DNA of 64,000 nucleotides from a virus (IMGVR_UViG_3300009128_000003:1-64000); one strand, 5' to 3'. Shown: positions 18,815 through 28,485, numbered from the stretch's first letter. Program-made: numbers and translations. Notes: a model not told the origin generated them from the letters alone.

Positions 18815-18842
18815 GTTATTACTTTCCGGGTTAGTTGTTAAT

Positions 18843-20810
18843 TTAAATAGTGCAAGAATCGTTAGTACAGAACTTGGTGCCGCTGCCGCCTTCATCTGTC
18901 TCGAATCGCATCAGTGGTTTAATTTGTTTAGTCGCCTCATCATACTGCTCTTTAGTAATAGATTCATAGGGAGCTTGTTCATATCCCGTTTCTTCATATT
19001 TTAAAAAGGAGACTGCCTTCAGACGAGATTCGTACATCTCAAGGGCATCTTTAATTTGGGAAGCCTCTTCGGGCTTAAAGGTGACTGTCACTGATACGGA
19101 GTTGTCAGCCCAGTAGTGCTGGTACTGTGCCGCGATCTCCAACTGTTCCCACATAGATACGCTGCGCTTTCCTTTTTGAAAGTGCGGTTCGTGAACCGGA
19201 AATTCTACGCAGAGTGTGTTGGGAGAGTAACGATCATCTTCCATCTTGTATCCCGCTTCAACAAGTTTATCAATTAATTTTGAATCTTTTGAGAACCTGA
19301 TACGTCTAATGTAGTACTCGTCTTCGGGGAAGTGGATGCCCGGGGTCGATCCGTTGAGCAGCGAGACTGTTCCGGACGGCTTGATCGAGGTCATCCGAAT
19401 AGACTTGGGGATACATAACCAGTTAGAATATTCTTCGTCTAATTCTTGAACGTGTGCGTACGCCTTGTCGCACCAATCATACATCTGTCGGCGTCCGTGC
19501 TTGTTGAATGCCTGCACAACACCCGACTGAGATAGTCCGATGCGCCGGTTCTTAAGCATCTTTGCGTTTGTTTCTGGCCAATGAGTGTTGGAGAGGGTGA
19601 CAGTCTTTCCGTATAAATAAGCAATCTTTAAAGTGCGCAAGTAGTCTTCTATGTCGTCGTGCTTGGCTGGATATGTCTCGACCAAGCAGCATAGCTCCGC
19701 GTCTTCCAGCTGTTGTTCCACGCAAGGATTGAATCCTGCGACATTAATATCGTCTAGACGTTCGCCATCTTTAAATCGTCCGCGGGTGCGTGCGTTGTTG
19801 AGCCAAATATATCCCGGTTCACCATTTTTCTGGGACTGTGTCGCGTGCCATGTGTAGTCCATGCCCACGACCGCATTGAAGGAATTGTTCGAACCCCATC
19901 GATGATGCATGAGCTTTTCAGAATCGTTCTTCATCTCTAGATATCGCTTGTCGTCGTAGCGACCCATTGCTAGAGCAGCAGAGCGGCGCACATTGCCCGC
20001 CACCACACAGCGCCCGATCAGGTTCTCGGTATCCACGATATCAACAGAACTAATTGGCTCACCAATGCGACCGGCATACAGTTCCGTTAGGTTTTTATGC
20101 AACTCGATAAGCGGGCGGGCGCCCGATGAGGTGCCCCCAAAGCCGCGAATGATGGCGCCCTGTGGTCGGATAGAGGAGTAGTCAAACTTGGGCACCTTTC
20201 CACCAAAGAAGAATCCATCGAGCAAAAGATGAACAGAATCAACCCACCCCTCACGGGAGTCATCGATAACATGGATGTCATTAGTATAGTGGGGCTCTTT
20301 GACGTTAACGGTTCCAGCGCCCTCGGTGTCGAACCCTACGCCAATGCCTACCATAAGAGCATCCATCATCCACGCGAACAAATAGCCGCCTTTGGTAGCC
20401 AAGTCGCGAGTTGATCTAAATGCGCAGTTAAACAATCCGGCAGCGGTCTTCTCTTCAATAAACTTGGTCCCCATCATCCACAGTCCGCGACCGGGTGGTG
20501 TCCACTTTAAATTAAACAGCCGATCATAAGCGTCCTTGGCTGTCTTCTGTGCCTTGGCATCATTCCATTCTAAGCCCAATAAGAATACGTGCTGCTTTTG
20601 CATGTTGAACATGCCCTCGACAACTCGGCGACATGTTTGCCACCACTCTTCGCTCCCGGTGGCGTCGGGTTCAAATTCGTTTAGGCGCCGCGAGTAGGTA
20701 CGTTTATATGTTACATACCCTAGGGGTCCCCATGGGACGGTGGCTCCTTTATACGGCTCAATGAATGTATCGGAAAGCCGGAAGCGGCGGATGTTGTCAA
20801 GTGTTCTCAT
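18843..20810 (-). CDS. nrdJ: Class II (B12-dependent, monomeric RTPR-type) ribonucleotide reductase
   Basis: PPGRGLW, FNCAF, GNVRRSA, NPCVEQ, CCLVE, IKPSGTVS, C-terminal CxxxxC. Confidence 0.95.
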   Translation of the reverse strand: MRTLDNIRRFRLSDTFIEPYKGATVPWGPLGYVTYKRTYSRRLNEFEPDATGSEEWWQTCRRVVEGMFNMQKQHVFLLGLEWNDAKAQKTAKDAYDRLFNLKWTPPGRGLWMMGTKFIEEKTAAGLFNCAFRSTRDLATKGGYLFAWMMDALMVGIGVGFDTEGAGTVNVKEPHYTNDIHVIDDSREGWVDSVHLLLDGFFFGGKVPKFDYSSIRPQGAIIRGFGGTSSGARPLIELHKNLTELYAGRIGEPISSVDIVDTENLIGRCVVAGNVRRSAALAMGRYDDKRYLEMKNDSEKLMHHRWGSNNSFNAVVGMDYTWHATQSQKNGEPGYIWLNNARTRGRFKDGERLDDINVAGFNPCVEQQLEDAELCCLVETYPAKHDDIEDYLRTLKIAYLYGKTVTLSNTHWPETNAKMLKNRRIGLSQSGVVQAFNKHGRRQMYDWCDKAYAHVQELDEEYSNWLCIPKSIRMTSIKPSGTVSLLNGSTPGIHFPEDEYYIRRIRFSKDSKLIDKLVEAGYKMEDDRYSPNTLCVEFPVHEPHFQKGKRSVSMWEQLEIAAQYQHYWADNSVSVTVTFKPEEASQIKDALEMYESRLKAVSFLKYEETGYEQAPYESITKEQYDEATKQIKPLMRFETDEGGSGTKFCTNDSCTI

Positions 20811-20816
20811 TGGTTG

Positions 20817-22202
20817 CTATTTCCTTCTTAGTTTAGTATATTTTGCCTTTAAAAGTTCCTGCTGCGCTCTTGGATCAAGGGAGACTGGCGATGTCGCCAC
20901 TTGCTGAGTATTGTTACCGGCGCCCAATTGGTGAATCTTAGGCAAAATTTTGATATTCACATTGGAGGTGTCCATAAATATATTATACACCATTCCGTCC
21001 GGTCCGTTTCTATTTTTTGCAATAAAAATCTTTCCTTGATTGTTCTGTTTGTCCTCAATCGTTCGCGAGACAGAGAAAATAAAGTCGGCAACAAAGCACT
21101 TATTAAATGCCTCTGAGATTTGTTCCATTGTGATCACCTCTGCGCTCAGACCGGCGCGATTTGTTTGTGATGCGGTCCACACAGGGCACTGGAACTCTGT
21201 GGAGAGGGCGCGCAACTCCTCATAAATAGACCCAAGCTCTTCGCGCTTCTCTTTGCGCATTTGCATGGGCTTGAGAAGATCTGCGTAATCTACAATAACC
21301 ATTCCAGGATTAATACCACGCTTAACAAGCCGAGAAAGATGTGCTCGGATTGTATTTGTGGAGGCAGACTTAGTTGGGTACTCTTTAACAATAAGTGTTC
21401 CATCAATGTTTTTAATTTCTTCATATATCTCTTCCTTAAAATTAATGATGTCCGAAAGGGGATAACCTGTGATACAACTATCGTAGCGAGTTGCAATGAC
21501 CGTATCTTGAAGTTCTAGTGTATAGTGTACTACAGTTTTGCCTTCTTTTAAAGCTTCAGATCCAAGATGCACAAGAACCATCGACTTGCCGGCTCCTGTG
21601 GGGGCAATCACAACCCCCAGTTCGCTCTTGCCTAAGCCGCCACCAATGATACCATCGATGTCGGACCAGCCTGTAGAGACTGGTACTCGGAACTTGGGCA
21701 TGAACCTCTCTTCAAAGTCTGCCATGTAATCATAGCCAAAATTATTTTCAGATCCCAATTTTAAGGCATCATTAATAACTTTAGAAATCTCGTCAAAAGA
21801 ACAATTCTGCAAAAGATTAACGGACGTCAGCATCGCCTCTTTCAGGTTTTGCTTACGACAAAAATCAAGCGAGATTTCCTTGATGTATTCTGCGTCCGTC
21901 ACCTCTTGGGTGTGCATGCGAGCGAAATAATCCTTCACTTGTTGTTGGATCGTCTCGTCTTCATCTTCCAGTTCAGTCTTAATGATGGTTAACATCGCAT
22001 TGACTGATGGGTGCTTGTCGTATTTCTCTCGGAATGTTAGCGTTTTCCTTAGAAAGACACGCAGATACTCTAGCTCAATGAAGTTAGTATCAAGTACTTC
22101 AGTGATCTGATCTGCGAATGGTCTATCCTCAAAAATAAGCTGAACAAGTCCTTCTTGGAAAGTTTTTCCATACTTTCCAAAGTTGATTTTACTTGCTGCC
22201 AT
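20817..22202 (-). CDS. dnaB: Replicative DnaB/gp41-like helicase
   Basis: APTGAGKS Walker A, TLE, VDYADLL, TASQTNR, AKNRNG. Confidence 0.95.
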   Translation of the reverse strand: MAASKINFGKYGKTFQEGLVQLIFEDRPFADQITEVLDTNFIELEYLRVFLRKTLTFREKYDKHPSVNAMLTIIKTELEDEDETIQQQVKDYFARMHTQEVTDAEYIKEISLDFCRKQNLKEAMLTSVNLLQNCSFDEISKVINDALKLGSENNFGYDYMADFEERFMPKFRVPVSTGWSDIDGIIGGGLGKSELGVVIAPTGAGKSMVLVHLGSEALKEGKTVVHYTLELQDTVIATRYDSCITGYPLSDIINFKEEIYEEIKNIDGTLIVKEYPTKSASTNTIRAHLSRLVKRGINPGMVIVDYADLLKPMQMRKEKREELGSIYEELRALSTEFQCPVWTASQTNRAGLSAEVITMEQISEAFNKCFVADFIFSVSRTIEDKQNNQGKIFIAKNRNGPDGMVYNIFMDTSNVNIKILPKIHQLGAGNNTQQVATSPVSLDPRAQQELLKAKYTKLRRK

Positions 22203-22225
22203 TTATACCCCCGCTTGTGTTTATA

Positions 22226-22253
22226 AGTATAACCGACTGAGGCTGAAAGTCAA
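22226..22253 (-). promoter_or_regulatory. sigma70-type promoter for helicase operon
   Basis: TTGACT-16 nt-TATACT. Confidence 0.65.
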
Positions 22254-22267
22254 GGCAAAAATAAGAT

Positions 22268-23248
22268 TTATTCGGTTGCATTGTCAACACACTCTCTCGC
22301 TATTTTGTTTAAGTGTGTCTTAAGATCTTCCCAATTTAGCTCACCAAATCCATCGGCGCGCATCAGTCCCAGAATCTCTGTCTTGTTGAACTCACATTCA
22401 AAATTTTCTATGGACTCCTTCACATGCATCTTAGATTGGAAAGACATCTGGGGCGCATAGAGTTGCATCATCTTGTAGTTGTGTTCGATAACCCCTTTGT
22501 TCTCTGCGATGTTATCGAAAACCTTAAGCTTGCTGTTCTCGCTAGCATTGGCGCAATAGTCTACGACATCATCAATAGTATATGTCTTCTCTTCACCTAA
22601 AAACGATAGGCGCTTACTTATTGTTTTGAATCCAACACCCTTGATGCCAGCTAAGTTATCGGACGCATCTCCAATGATGGAGCGCGCTAGTGCCATATTA
22701 GTAGGGTGGACGCCCGTCTGTTCGACGATGCGCTTGGTGTTGAGCATTTCATTTTGAGTGGGGCGCCACAACACCGTCTCATCGTCGCAAATCTGCATGA
22801 AGTCTTTATCATTAGAGACAATGATCTTCTGCCAGCCCTTATAGTAGTCCATCGAGCAGACATACGAAATCACGTCATCGGCTTCAATCTCTGGAAGAAG
22901 GGTTTGGATGATGGGCATGTTGTTAAGATACTCGATCACTCTCCCTTGCTGCCAAATCTTATTCTGCAACTCTTCGTCGTCTGTAAGGTTGTGGAATGCT
23001 CTGTTGAGGCGGATCGGCTTGCGACCTTCCTTGTAGTTCTTGTCCATAGTCTTGCGCTTCTTGGATCCGTTCGGACCATCCCACGCAACCACCACCTGAT
23101 CGGGTCGTGTTTCTCTCACCAGTTTCTGTAAAATCTTGATGAAGCCTTTGAGTCCCCCAATCGGCTGCCCATTGGTGGACAGCGATGGGTCTACAATATA
23201 TGCCCTCAGATACGCATTCAGCGCATCAATAATTAATACTCGTTTCAT
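22268..23248 (-). CDS. 5'-3' exonuclease / flap endonuclease (PolI N-domain, T4 RNase H-like)
   Basis: LIIDA, AWDG, YKEGR, EADDVI, SNDKDF, GDASDNL.GIKGVG. Confidence 0.95.
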   Translation of the reverse strand: MKRVLIIDALNAYLRAYIVDPSLSTNGQPIGGLKGFIKILQKLVRETRPDQVVVAWDGPNGSKKRKTMDKNYKEGRKPIRLNRAFHNLTDDEELQNKIWQQGRVIEYLNNMPIIQTLLPEIEADDVISYVCSMDYYKGWQKIIVSNDKDFMQICDDETVLWRPTQNEMLNTKRIVEQTGVHPTNMALARSIIGDASDNLAGIKGVGFKTISKRLSFLGEEKTYTIDDVVDYCANASENSKLKVFDNIAENKGVIEHNYKMMQLYAPQMSFQSKMHVKESIENFECEFNKTEILGLMRADGFGELNWEDLKTHLNKIARECVDNATE

Positions 23249-23358
23249 AGCTTATAGCTCCCTGCTATCTTGTTGTTAATCGTGTAAACCACTCTTTTGA
23301 TCCCTACGTGCCTTTTAACGGCTCCGCCGCATTTGTATTCTTTGCAGTCTACAGACAC
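23245..23358 (-). pseudogene. 37-aa ORF, probable internally deleted cytidine/dCMP-deaminase-family remnant
   Basis: AAGGAGG SD + GTG, MSVDCKEYKCGGAVKRHVGIKRVVYTINNKIAGSYKL, TGA overlaps next ATG; GIKRVVY is the typical deaminase C-terminal strand. Confidence 0.45.
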
Positions 23359-23384
23359 AAAGCCCTCCTTTGTGATTATATTCT

Positions 23385-23413
23385 ATTATAACCAATTAGG
23401 AGGACAAAGTCAA
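23385..23413 (-). promoter_or_regulatory. sigma70-type promoter
   Basis: TTGACT-17 nt-TATAAT. Confidence 0.85.
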
Positions 23414-23420
23414 CAACTTT

Positions 23421-24560
23421 TTATTCTTTTACTGGAACCGTCAGATCTTCAGGATCGGCGTAGAAGGCATCCGCGTTGCCTTCTCGATTCTGGAACTTCT
23501 GAACAATCTCTTCATCCATGATCTTGATCACTTCGGCACGGAACTCGGGATCAGATGTAATCAACCCTGTCCACTTGGAGGGTTGAAATTTCTTTTCGTA
23601 GCCTCCGGGTGTCTTAAGAGTATACCAAGCTCCGGCGGACGAGAGAGACTCGGAGCTTTTAATAGCGTCAAACCAACTCTCTTCGTCGCGAATGCCAATC
23701 TCTTCAGCGCCCCATAAGATGCGGAATGCACAAGAGCGCCCTTGCGTGCCAAAGCGAGACTTCTCTAGCTTAATTTTAACCTCTGATCCAATTCGGAAAC
23801 CCTTTTCATCTTCGATGAATGATGCCTTTGCCTTGCGACCAGTCAGCCAGATGCGCAGCGAATAAGAATAGTGCATCGCCTTGCCGCCGGGGGTTGTGTA
23901 GGGCGTGGTCATCGCCACAATGCGGGCATTCGGACCCTGTGGGATATTGGTCTTAAGCTGATTCAGGACAAGCAGAGTCGCCTGCTTATCAGCAATAGGG
24001 ATCGTCAGCTTGGACATTCCCTTTGCAAGAATGCGCGCCTTCACCGCCATCGATGATTGCGGATTGAAGTCGCCCTCCACGTCTGAGACAGAAGGGGTAA
24101 ATGCTAGCGAATCCCAGATAAAAACAATCTGTTCGTCGGTTGCTGCTAGAAGCTCTTCGATAGTCTCCAGCACAAACTCGACAGAGGATGCTTGAACGTA
24201 CATTAAGCGCTCTAGGTCGCACCCTGTTCTCTCCAAAAAACTTGGGTCGATGGCAGACTCAGAATCAAAATATACGACGAGCTTCCCCGTCTTCTGCGCA
24301 TTGGCTGCGATCTGTGCTGCCATGTATGACTTGCCCGTGGACTCCAGTCCGGCGATCTCTGTGACCTTACCGACTGGGACGCCTGCTACTCGTCCCTTGC
24401 AGATGATCGAGTCAAGCCAGCGAGAGCCTGTTGGAATCCATTCTTTAACGGAGGTGGGGTTGTCGCCGGTTAGATCATGGGCAACGCTCCGACCGGCTTT
24501 CTTGTTTACTAGTTTCATTAGGTCTTGCATTGCCACGCGACCTGCTTTGGCTTTTGCCAT
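23421..24560 (-). CDS. recA: RecA/UvsX recombinase
   Basis: GLESTGKS, YFDSE, WDSLA, LNQL, TPGGKA. Confidence 0.96.
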   Translation of the reverse strand: MAKAKAGRVAMQDLMKLVNKKAGRSVAHDLTGDNPTSVKEWIPTGSRWLDSIICKGRVAGVPVGKVTEIAGLESTGKSYMAAQIAANAQKTGKLVVYFDSESAIDPSFLERTGCDLERLMYVQASSVEFVLETIEELLAATDEQIVFIWDSLAFTPSVSDVEGDFNPQSSMAVKARILAKGMSKLTIPIADKQATLLVLNQLKTNIPQGPNARIVAMTTPYTTPGGKAMHYSYSLRIWLTGRKAKASFIEDEKGFRIGSEVKIKLEKSRFGTQGRSCAFRILWGAEEIGIRDEESWFDAIKSSESLSSAGAWYTLKTPGGYEKKFQPSKWTGLITSDPEFRAEVIKIMDEEIVQKFQNREGNADAFYADPEDLTVPVKE

Positions 24561-24575
24561 GTGCTCTCCTACAGT

Positions 24576-25685
24576 TTAAAGCATTGATATTATTTTATCT
24601 AAGTCTTGCGGGTTTGTCAAGCTTAAATTTGATTTTTTATAGCGCCCTTTGATTTTTACAGCAACTGTGAAGCTGGTGGAGCTATTGGCTCCCATGGAGG
24701 GCTTTAGTCTTAATCGCAAATCACAGTTTAGTCCCAAGTCTCCGAACATGGGCACATCAATAATTGTTTGTGCAGGCGTCTTTAGGGCGTAAAGTCCTGC
24801 TTGCCCAATCTGAATGAACGAATCGCCCTTATCTGCATAGTAACCCGCAATCCGTGAGAATTCAAACGGCACCTTCTTGTCCGTCTTCCCATCAAACCAT
24901 TTGGTTTGTAAATCTTTCTTGAGTTCTCCGGTCTTTTGCGTTGGCAGCAGACCAACGACGCTATTGCCGCGCAGGTTTAAGCGCCGATCATACAAGTCCG
25001 GAAACTTGGCGTAGTGGTTGAGCCAGTCTCGCAAGTAGTCATTGAATAGAGAACCGAAAACCTTTTCGTTCTTAACAAAACCAGCAGTGCGGCGAGGCTC
25101 CCAGCTTTTAGACTGAATGTTGTACTCAATCCGAAACTGTCCGAAGTCTGCCGAGAGCGCGGTCTTAAGTTCGATGGACATCATCTTGCGTCCGTTCTTT
25201 AAGATAGTTAAATCAGAGCCGTGACCGAACCCGGCAGTCGTGGCGGTGATGCCAGCATGCCGGTATCGACTAGTGATCTCAGTCGCCAATTTTTCTTCGA
25301 AGTCCATGCCGGCTGATGCTGCAGTGCGGCGCTTTTGTTTAACGACAACGTAGGCGGATCCGCCGGAGGCAGCTTTAAGCTCTAAGCGACCCAGCGAACT
25401 GCGAGTTGAATTGGGGTTGTAAACGAAGCCGAGAGGGCTGAGCATCTGCTCTAATTTCTGCATCGTCTCTTGGCGGTTGTCGTCTAAGACACGGATCTCA
25501 TTCTTGACGATCTTATACTCGTAGCCTTCTGCCTCGATTGCACGGATGGCGCGCTGTAGATTGTTCTCAGGTCCATCTTCCGGTGATGGCAGCGGCGTGG
25601 TAGCGTCATCCTCCATTTCGGATGGGATGTCGACCTCCTCTTCCATCGCCCTCTTAAAACTAATATGTAACTCGTTCATGTTCAT
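24576..25685 (-). CDS. PD-(D/E)xK nuclease-like protein with acidic N-terminal extension
   Basis: GMDFEE...SDLTI...IELK; late motif at 25692-25700. Confidence 0.65.
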   Translation of the reverse strand: MNMNELHISFKRAMEEEVDIPSEMEDDATTPLPSPEDGPENNLQRAIRAIEAEGYEYKIVKNEIRVLDDNRQETMQKLEQMLSPLGFVYNPNSTRSSLGRLELKAASGGSAYVVVKQKRRTAASAGMDFEEKLATEITSRYRHAGITATTAGFGHGSDLTILKNGRKMMSIELKTALSADFGQFRIEYNIQSKSWEPRRTAGFVKNEKVFGSLFNDYLRDWLNHYAKFPDLYDRRLNLRGNSVVGLLPTQKTGELKKDLQTKWFDGKTDKKVPFEFSRIAGYYADKGDSFIQIGQAGLYALKTPAQTIIDVPMFGDLGLNCDLRLRLKPSMGANSSTSFTVAVKIKGRYKKSNLSLTNPQDLDKIISML

Positions 25686-26482
25686 CTCGCAATAATTAGT
25701 ATCTCAGATGACTCTTTACTCTTATTCATCCCGTAAGACCATTCTGTTTCAATAATCTCATAATCTTTATACATCTTTTTAATTTCTTTGCAATTGTTAT
25801 ATGACATAACCCATCCAGCTCTCTTTGTCAACAAGCTGTGTAATCTTTCGTGATCAAACGAGTTGTGTAGATTCCCACTAATCCCATAGAGAGAATTCTG
25901 AGACCCTTTCAGCATATATGGTGGATCAAGATATAAGAAAGCTTTTGGGTGATAGCCCATCGCGTCTTCAAAATCGGCATAATCTACTCTAAAGTTTTTG
26001 GCTTCGAAATCCCTTAATCTTTGAACCGACGAATCTGTAAATCTTGCATATGAAGCCCTCTCGGACCATCCACCACTAAATGTAGCGCCAGAAAAACTAG
26101 CGCGATTAATAGCATAATACCTTGCTGCTCTCTCGTAAGAAAACATAAACGATTCAGTCTTAAGATCCTCTCGGTACTGGTGAAATGACTCTTTTGAACA
26201 GCCTGTCACGGTATCGCCGTTTCGAATCTCATATTGTTCTCGCAGGCTTTGCACCTCGTCAGCTAGATGATCGTTGTCTGCGCATAGCGCCATCCAGAAC
26301 CATACTAGCTGCTTCATCTTGTCGTAGCCGCGCACCTCAGTGCCCCTGTCGGCAACTGCTAGCTCAACAGAGCCTCCGCCAAAGAAAGGCGAGCAAAGTC
26401 GGTCAATGTCTTCCGGGATGTGAGGCAAGATGTGCTTAACAGCACGTGATTTGCCGCCTGGGTAGCGTAACGGTGTCTTCAT
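25682..26482 (-). CDS. D12/Dam-class N6-adenine DNA methyltransferase
   Basis: PLRYPGGKS, SPFFGGGSVE, YLDPPY, MSYN, EILI. Confidence 0.95.
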   Translation of the reverse strand: MKTPLRYPGGKSRAVKHILPHIPEDIDRLCSPFFGGGSVELAVADRGTEVRGYDKMKQLVWFWMALCADNDHLADEVQSLREQYEIRNGDTVTGCSKESFHQYREDLKTESFMFSYERAARYYAINRASFSGATFSGGWSERASYARFTDSSVQRLRDFEAKNFRVDYADFEDAMGYHPKAFLYLDPPYMLKGSQNSLYGISGNLHNSFDHERLHSLLTKRAGWVMSYNNCKEIKKMYKDYEIIETEWSYGMNKSKESSEILIIAR

Positions 26483-26493
26483 TATAAAACCAA

Positions 26494-26533
26494 AAATCTC
26501 AAAAATATACCGGCGAAAAAATTTGGGAGATCG
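26494..26533. repeat. Dispersed intergenic element, copy 1
   Basis: AAATCTCAAAAA..CCGGCG..TTTGGGAGATCG; similar to 50274-50313. Confidence 0.6.
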
Positions 26534-26551
26534 ACATTTTAAGATTTTTTG

Positions 26552-27277
26552 TCAAGCTGACAACCACGCCTCGATACAAGCATTGGCCAATAATTCGCGC
26601 CGTTCACAGTCCTCGTCATACAAGAAATAAGGCTCATCGGGATATAGGCGACCACTATCAATGATATACTTGTCTTGTTTGTGAGCACATGTCCTGCAAA
26701 CAAAATCATAATCATTCTTTTCCATGCGGATGTGTCTCTTAATTTCATCAATGTGATGTAACAACAGCTCATTGTCTGTAAAATACCCCAATGCGTAATT
26801 TGACTTTGTCTTGGCGTACGCGTACTCATATACTTCTTTTTCCGTGTAGCGAGGGTTTTGTTTTTTTATATACCAAATCGTTTTTTTGTATTCTTTTAAC
26901 GTAAAGGCTCCCTTCTCATTAGTTTGATGAACAATGTATTCCGGGATCATCGAGCAAAACTTATCATCATCCACAGCACGAGTTGCCAAAACTCTATAGG
27001 GTGTAGGGTGCCAATTATGTTGCAGCACGGGTTCTGTACTTTCCTTCTCGCAGCATGGGCACGTAAATGTTCCACCTTTTGTGATAGACAATAGCTCTAA
27101 ATCTCTCATATCTTTAAGCCATTTGTAAGTATATGGCTTCTTGAACTGTGTTTTAGAAAGCATTTTCAAAACATGCTTTTTGGTTCGATATGGATTTTTC
27201 AGATTCTTATTGTTTATCTTTCTGATAGCTATATCTAACTCGCTTAAAAGCGACTGTTGATTTACTGCCTGTGTCAC
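26552..27277 (-). CDS. HNH-like zinc-binding endonuclease (AT-rich, probably mobile)
   Basis: AAGGAGG + GTG start at 27277; CPCC...HNWH...VCRTCAH. Confidence 0.55.
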   Translation of the reverse strand: MTQAVNQQSLLSELDIAIRKINNKNLKNPYRTKKHVLKMLSKTQFKKPYTYKWLKDMRDLELLSITKGGTFTCPCCEKESTEPVLQHNWHPTPYRVLATRAVDDDKFCSMIPEYIVHQTNEKGAFTLKEYKKTIWYIKKQNPRYTEKEVYEYAYAKTKSNYALGYFTDNELLLHHIDEIKRHIRMEKNDYDFVCRTCAHKQDKYIIDSGRLYPDEPYFLYDEDCERRELLANACIEAWLSA

Positions 27278-27289
27278 GAGCCCCTCCTT

Positions 27290-27324
27290 AAAAACGGCAG
27301 ACTTTTTACCGGTCTGCCAGCGGC
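27290..27324 (-). terminator. Rho-independent terminator
   Basis: GGCAGAC/GTCTGCC stem followed by T-tract. Confidence 0.8.
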
Positions 27325-27332
27325 TTTTGTAA

Positions 27333-27581
27333 CTACTCAGTTGTAGTTGTGGTAGTTGGGGCGGTCGTGGTGCTATCACCAGTCGTCTCGGGGGTGGTGG
27401 TTGCCGACGCCTCAACTGCTGTGTTGGTCGTGGTAGACTCTGCTGGAGCCACCTCTGCTTCTGACACAGTGGGGGGCTCATATGAACAAGTTCCGTAAAT
27501 GCTGCTAATGACTAAGATGCCACCTACAACGCTCACATGAACCTTCCATTTGGACCATAGGTCCTTGAGTTTATCTAACAT
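27333..27581 (-). CDS. Small membrane/lipoprotein-like protein with Thr-rich tail
   Basis: AGGAG SD; TM helix, Cys after it, T/P/E-rich C-terminus. Confidence 0.75.
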   Translation of the reverse strand: MLDKLKDLWSKWKVHVSVVGGILVISSIYGTCSYEPPTVSEAEVAPAESTTTNTAVEASATTTPETTGDSTTTAPTTTTTTE

Positions 27582-27598
27582 ATTATTGTCTCCTATTT

Positions 27599-27641
27599 AA
27601 AAAAATATGGCAGAGTATTTTAATCCCGCTCTGCCATCGGT
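27599..27641 (-). terminator. Rho-independent terminator after SSB gene
   Basis: ATGGCAGAG/CTCTGCCAT stem followed by T7. Confidence 0.8.
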
Positions 27642-27661
27642 ATCAGACATGCCTATTTACT

Positions 27662-28432
27662 TTAGCCAGACATTAGTTCATCAAATGCACGGTCAACACT
27701 GCTCTTACCGTTGGCAGGACCGTACTTGGCTGTCGTAGATGAGCGGCTTTCTGCGGAGGAATCTCCCGAAAGTTGCTCATCCAAGATAGCGTCTACTTGT
27801 TGAGTACTAAGACGATCAAAGAGACCATCGAAGTCAGGAATGCCATCGAGGAGGGCGGGGATAGCTTCCGTATCTTCAAGCAATGTGGATGTGTTGCGAC
27901 GCATCTTGAGGCTTGTCTGTGGGTATGCACCGGGCTTATTAGGCTTGGTGTAGGTGAGGGTGATATCGGTGCCCTCTTGGCTATCAGTGATATCACCATA
28001 TTCTGGATCGAGGATGTATCCAAGAAGAAGCTCATAAGCCTGCTTGCCGTAGCCGTAGACCTTGATCCCCTCCTCTTCGCGACCTCGCACAACGACGGGT
28101 GAAAAGTAGCGCGTTCGCACAAAGAGACTCTTTGCGAGCTTCTTGCTCTCATCGTCATTGTTATCAACTCCCTCGCGCCAAAGCTTGGAAGCGAATTCGC
28201 AAATTGGACATTCATCGCCGAAGTTTCGCTTCGGACACATGATGCCTCCCTTATGATCGCCCACGTTATAGTGGAAGAACATTTCCTTTAGTGGATCTCC
28301 GTCATTAGTCGGTACGATCCGAATGTCAGTATCTCCCTCGTCTGGCTTAAACCATGGCGAGTTTGCATCCTTGTTTCCTTCTCCGCGAAGGGTTGCGAGC
28401 TTACGTCGCATTAGTTCCATATCAATTCCCAT
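27662..28432 (-). CDS. Single-stranded DNA-binding protein, gp32-like
   Basis: W.KP, IRIVP, CPK.NFG..CPICE zinc site, DITD...G.DI, acidic C-terminus FDELMSG. Confidence 0.88.
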   Translation of the reverse strand: MGIDMELMRRKLATLRGEGNKDANSPWFKPDEGDTDIRIVPTNDGDPLKEMFFHYNVGDHKGGIMCPKRNFGDECPICEFASKLWREGVDNNDDESKKLAKSLFVRTRYFSPVVVRGREEEGIKVYGYGKQAYELLLGYILDPEYGDITDSQEGTDITLTYTKPNKPGAYPQTSLKMRRNTSTLLEDTEAIPALLDGIPDFDGLFDRLSTQQVDAILDEQLSGDSSAESRSSTTAKYGPANGKSSVDRAFDELMSG

Positions 28433-28485
28433 TTTTTTCTCCTTTTTAATGGTTAATAAAGTATATCAAGCGTTCCTTGATACCT

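Noticed and set aside
12370-24560. Inteins or introns in DnaE, NrdJ, DnaB, RecA
   Set aside because: Lengths are ordinary, motifs contiguous, no intein termini or LAGLIDADG blocks seen
27278-27481. N-terminal 68 aa of the 309-aa track ORF 26552..27481
   Set aside because: Overlaps the real 82-aa gene and crosses a terminator; a GTG with AAGGAGG at 27277 is the better start
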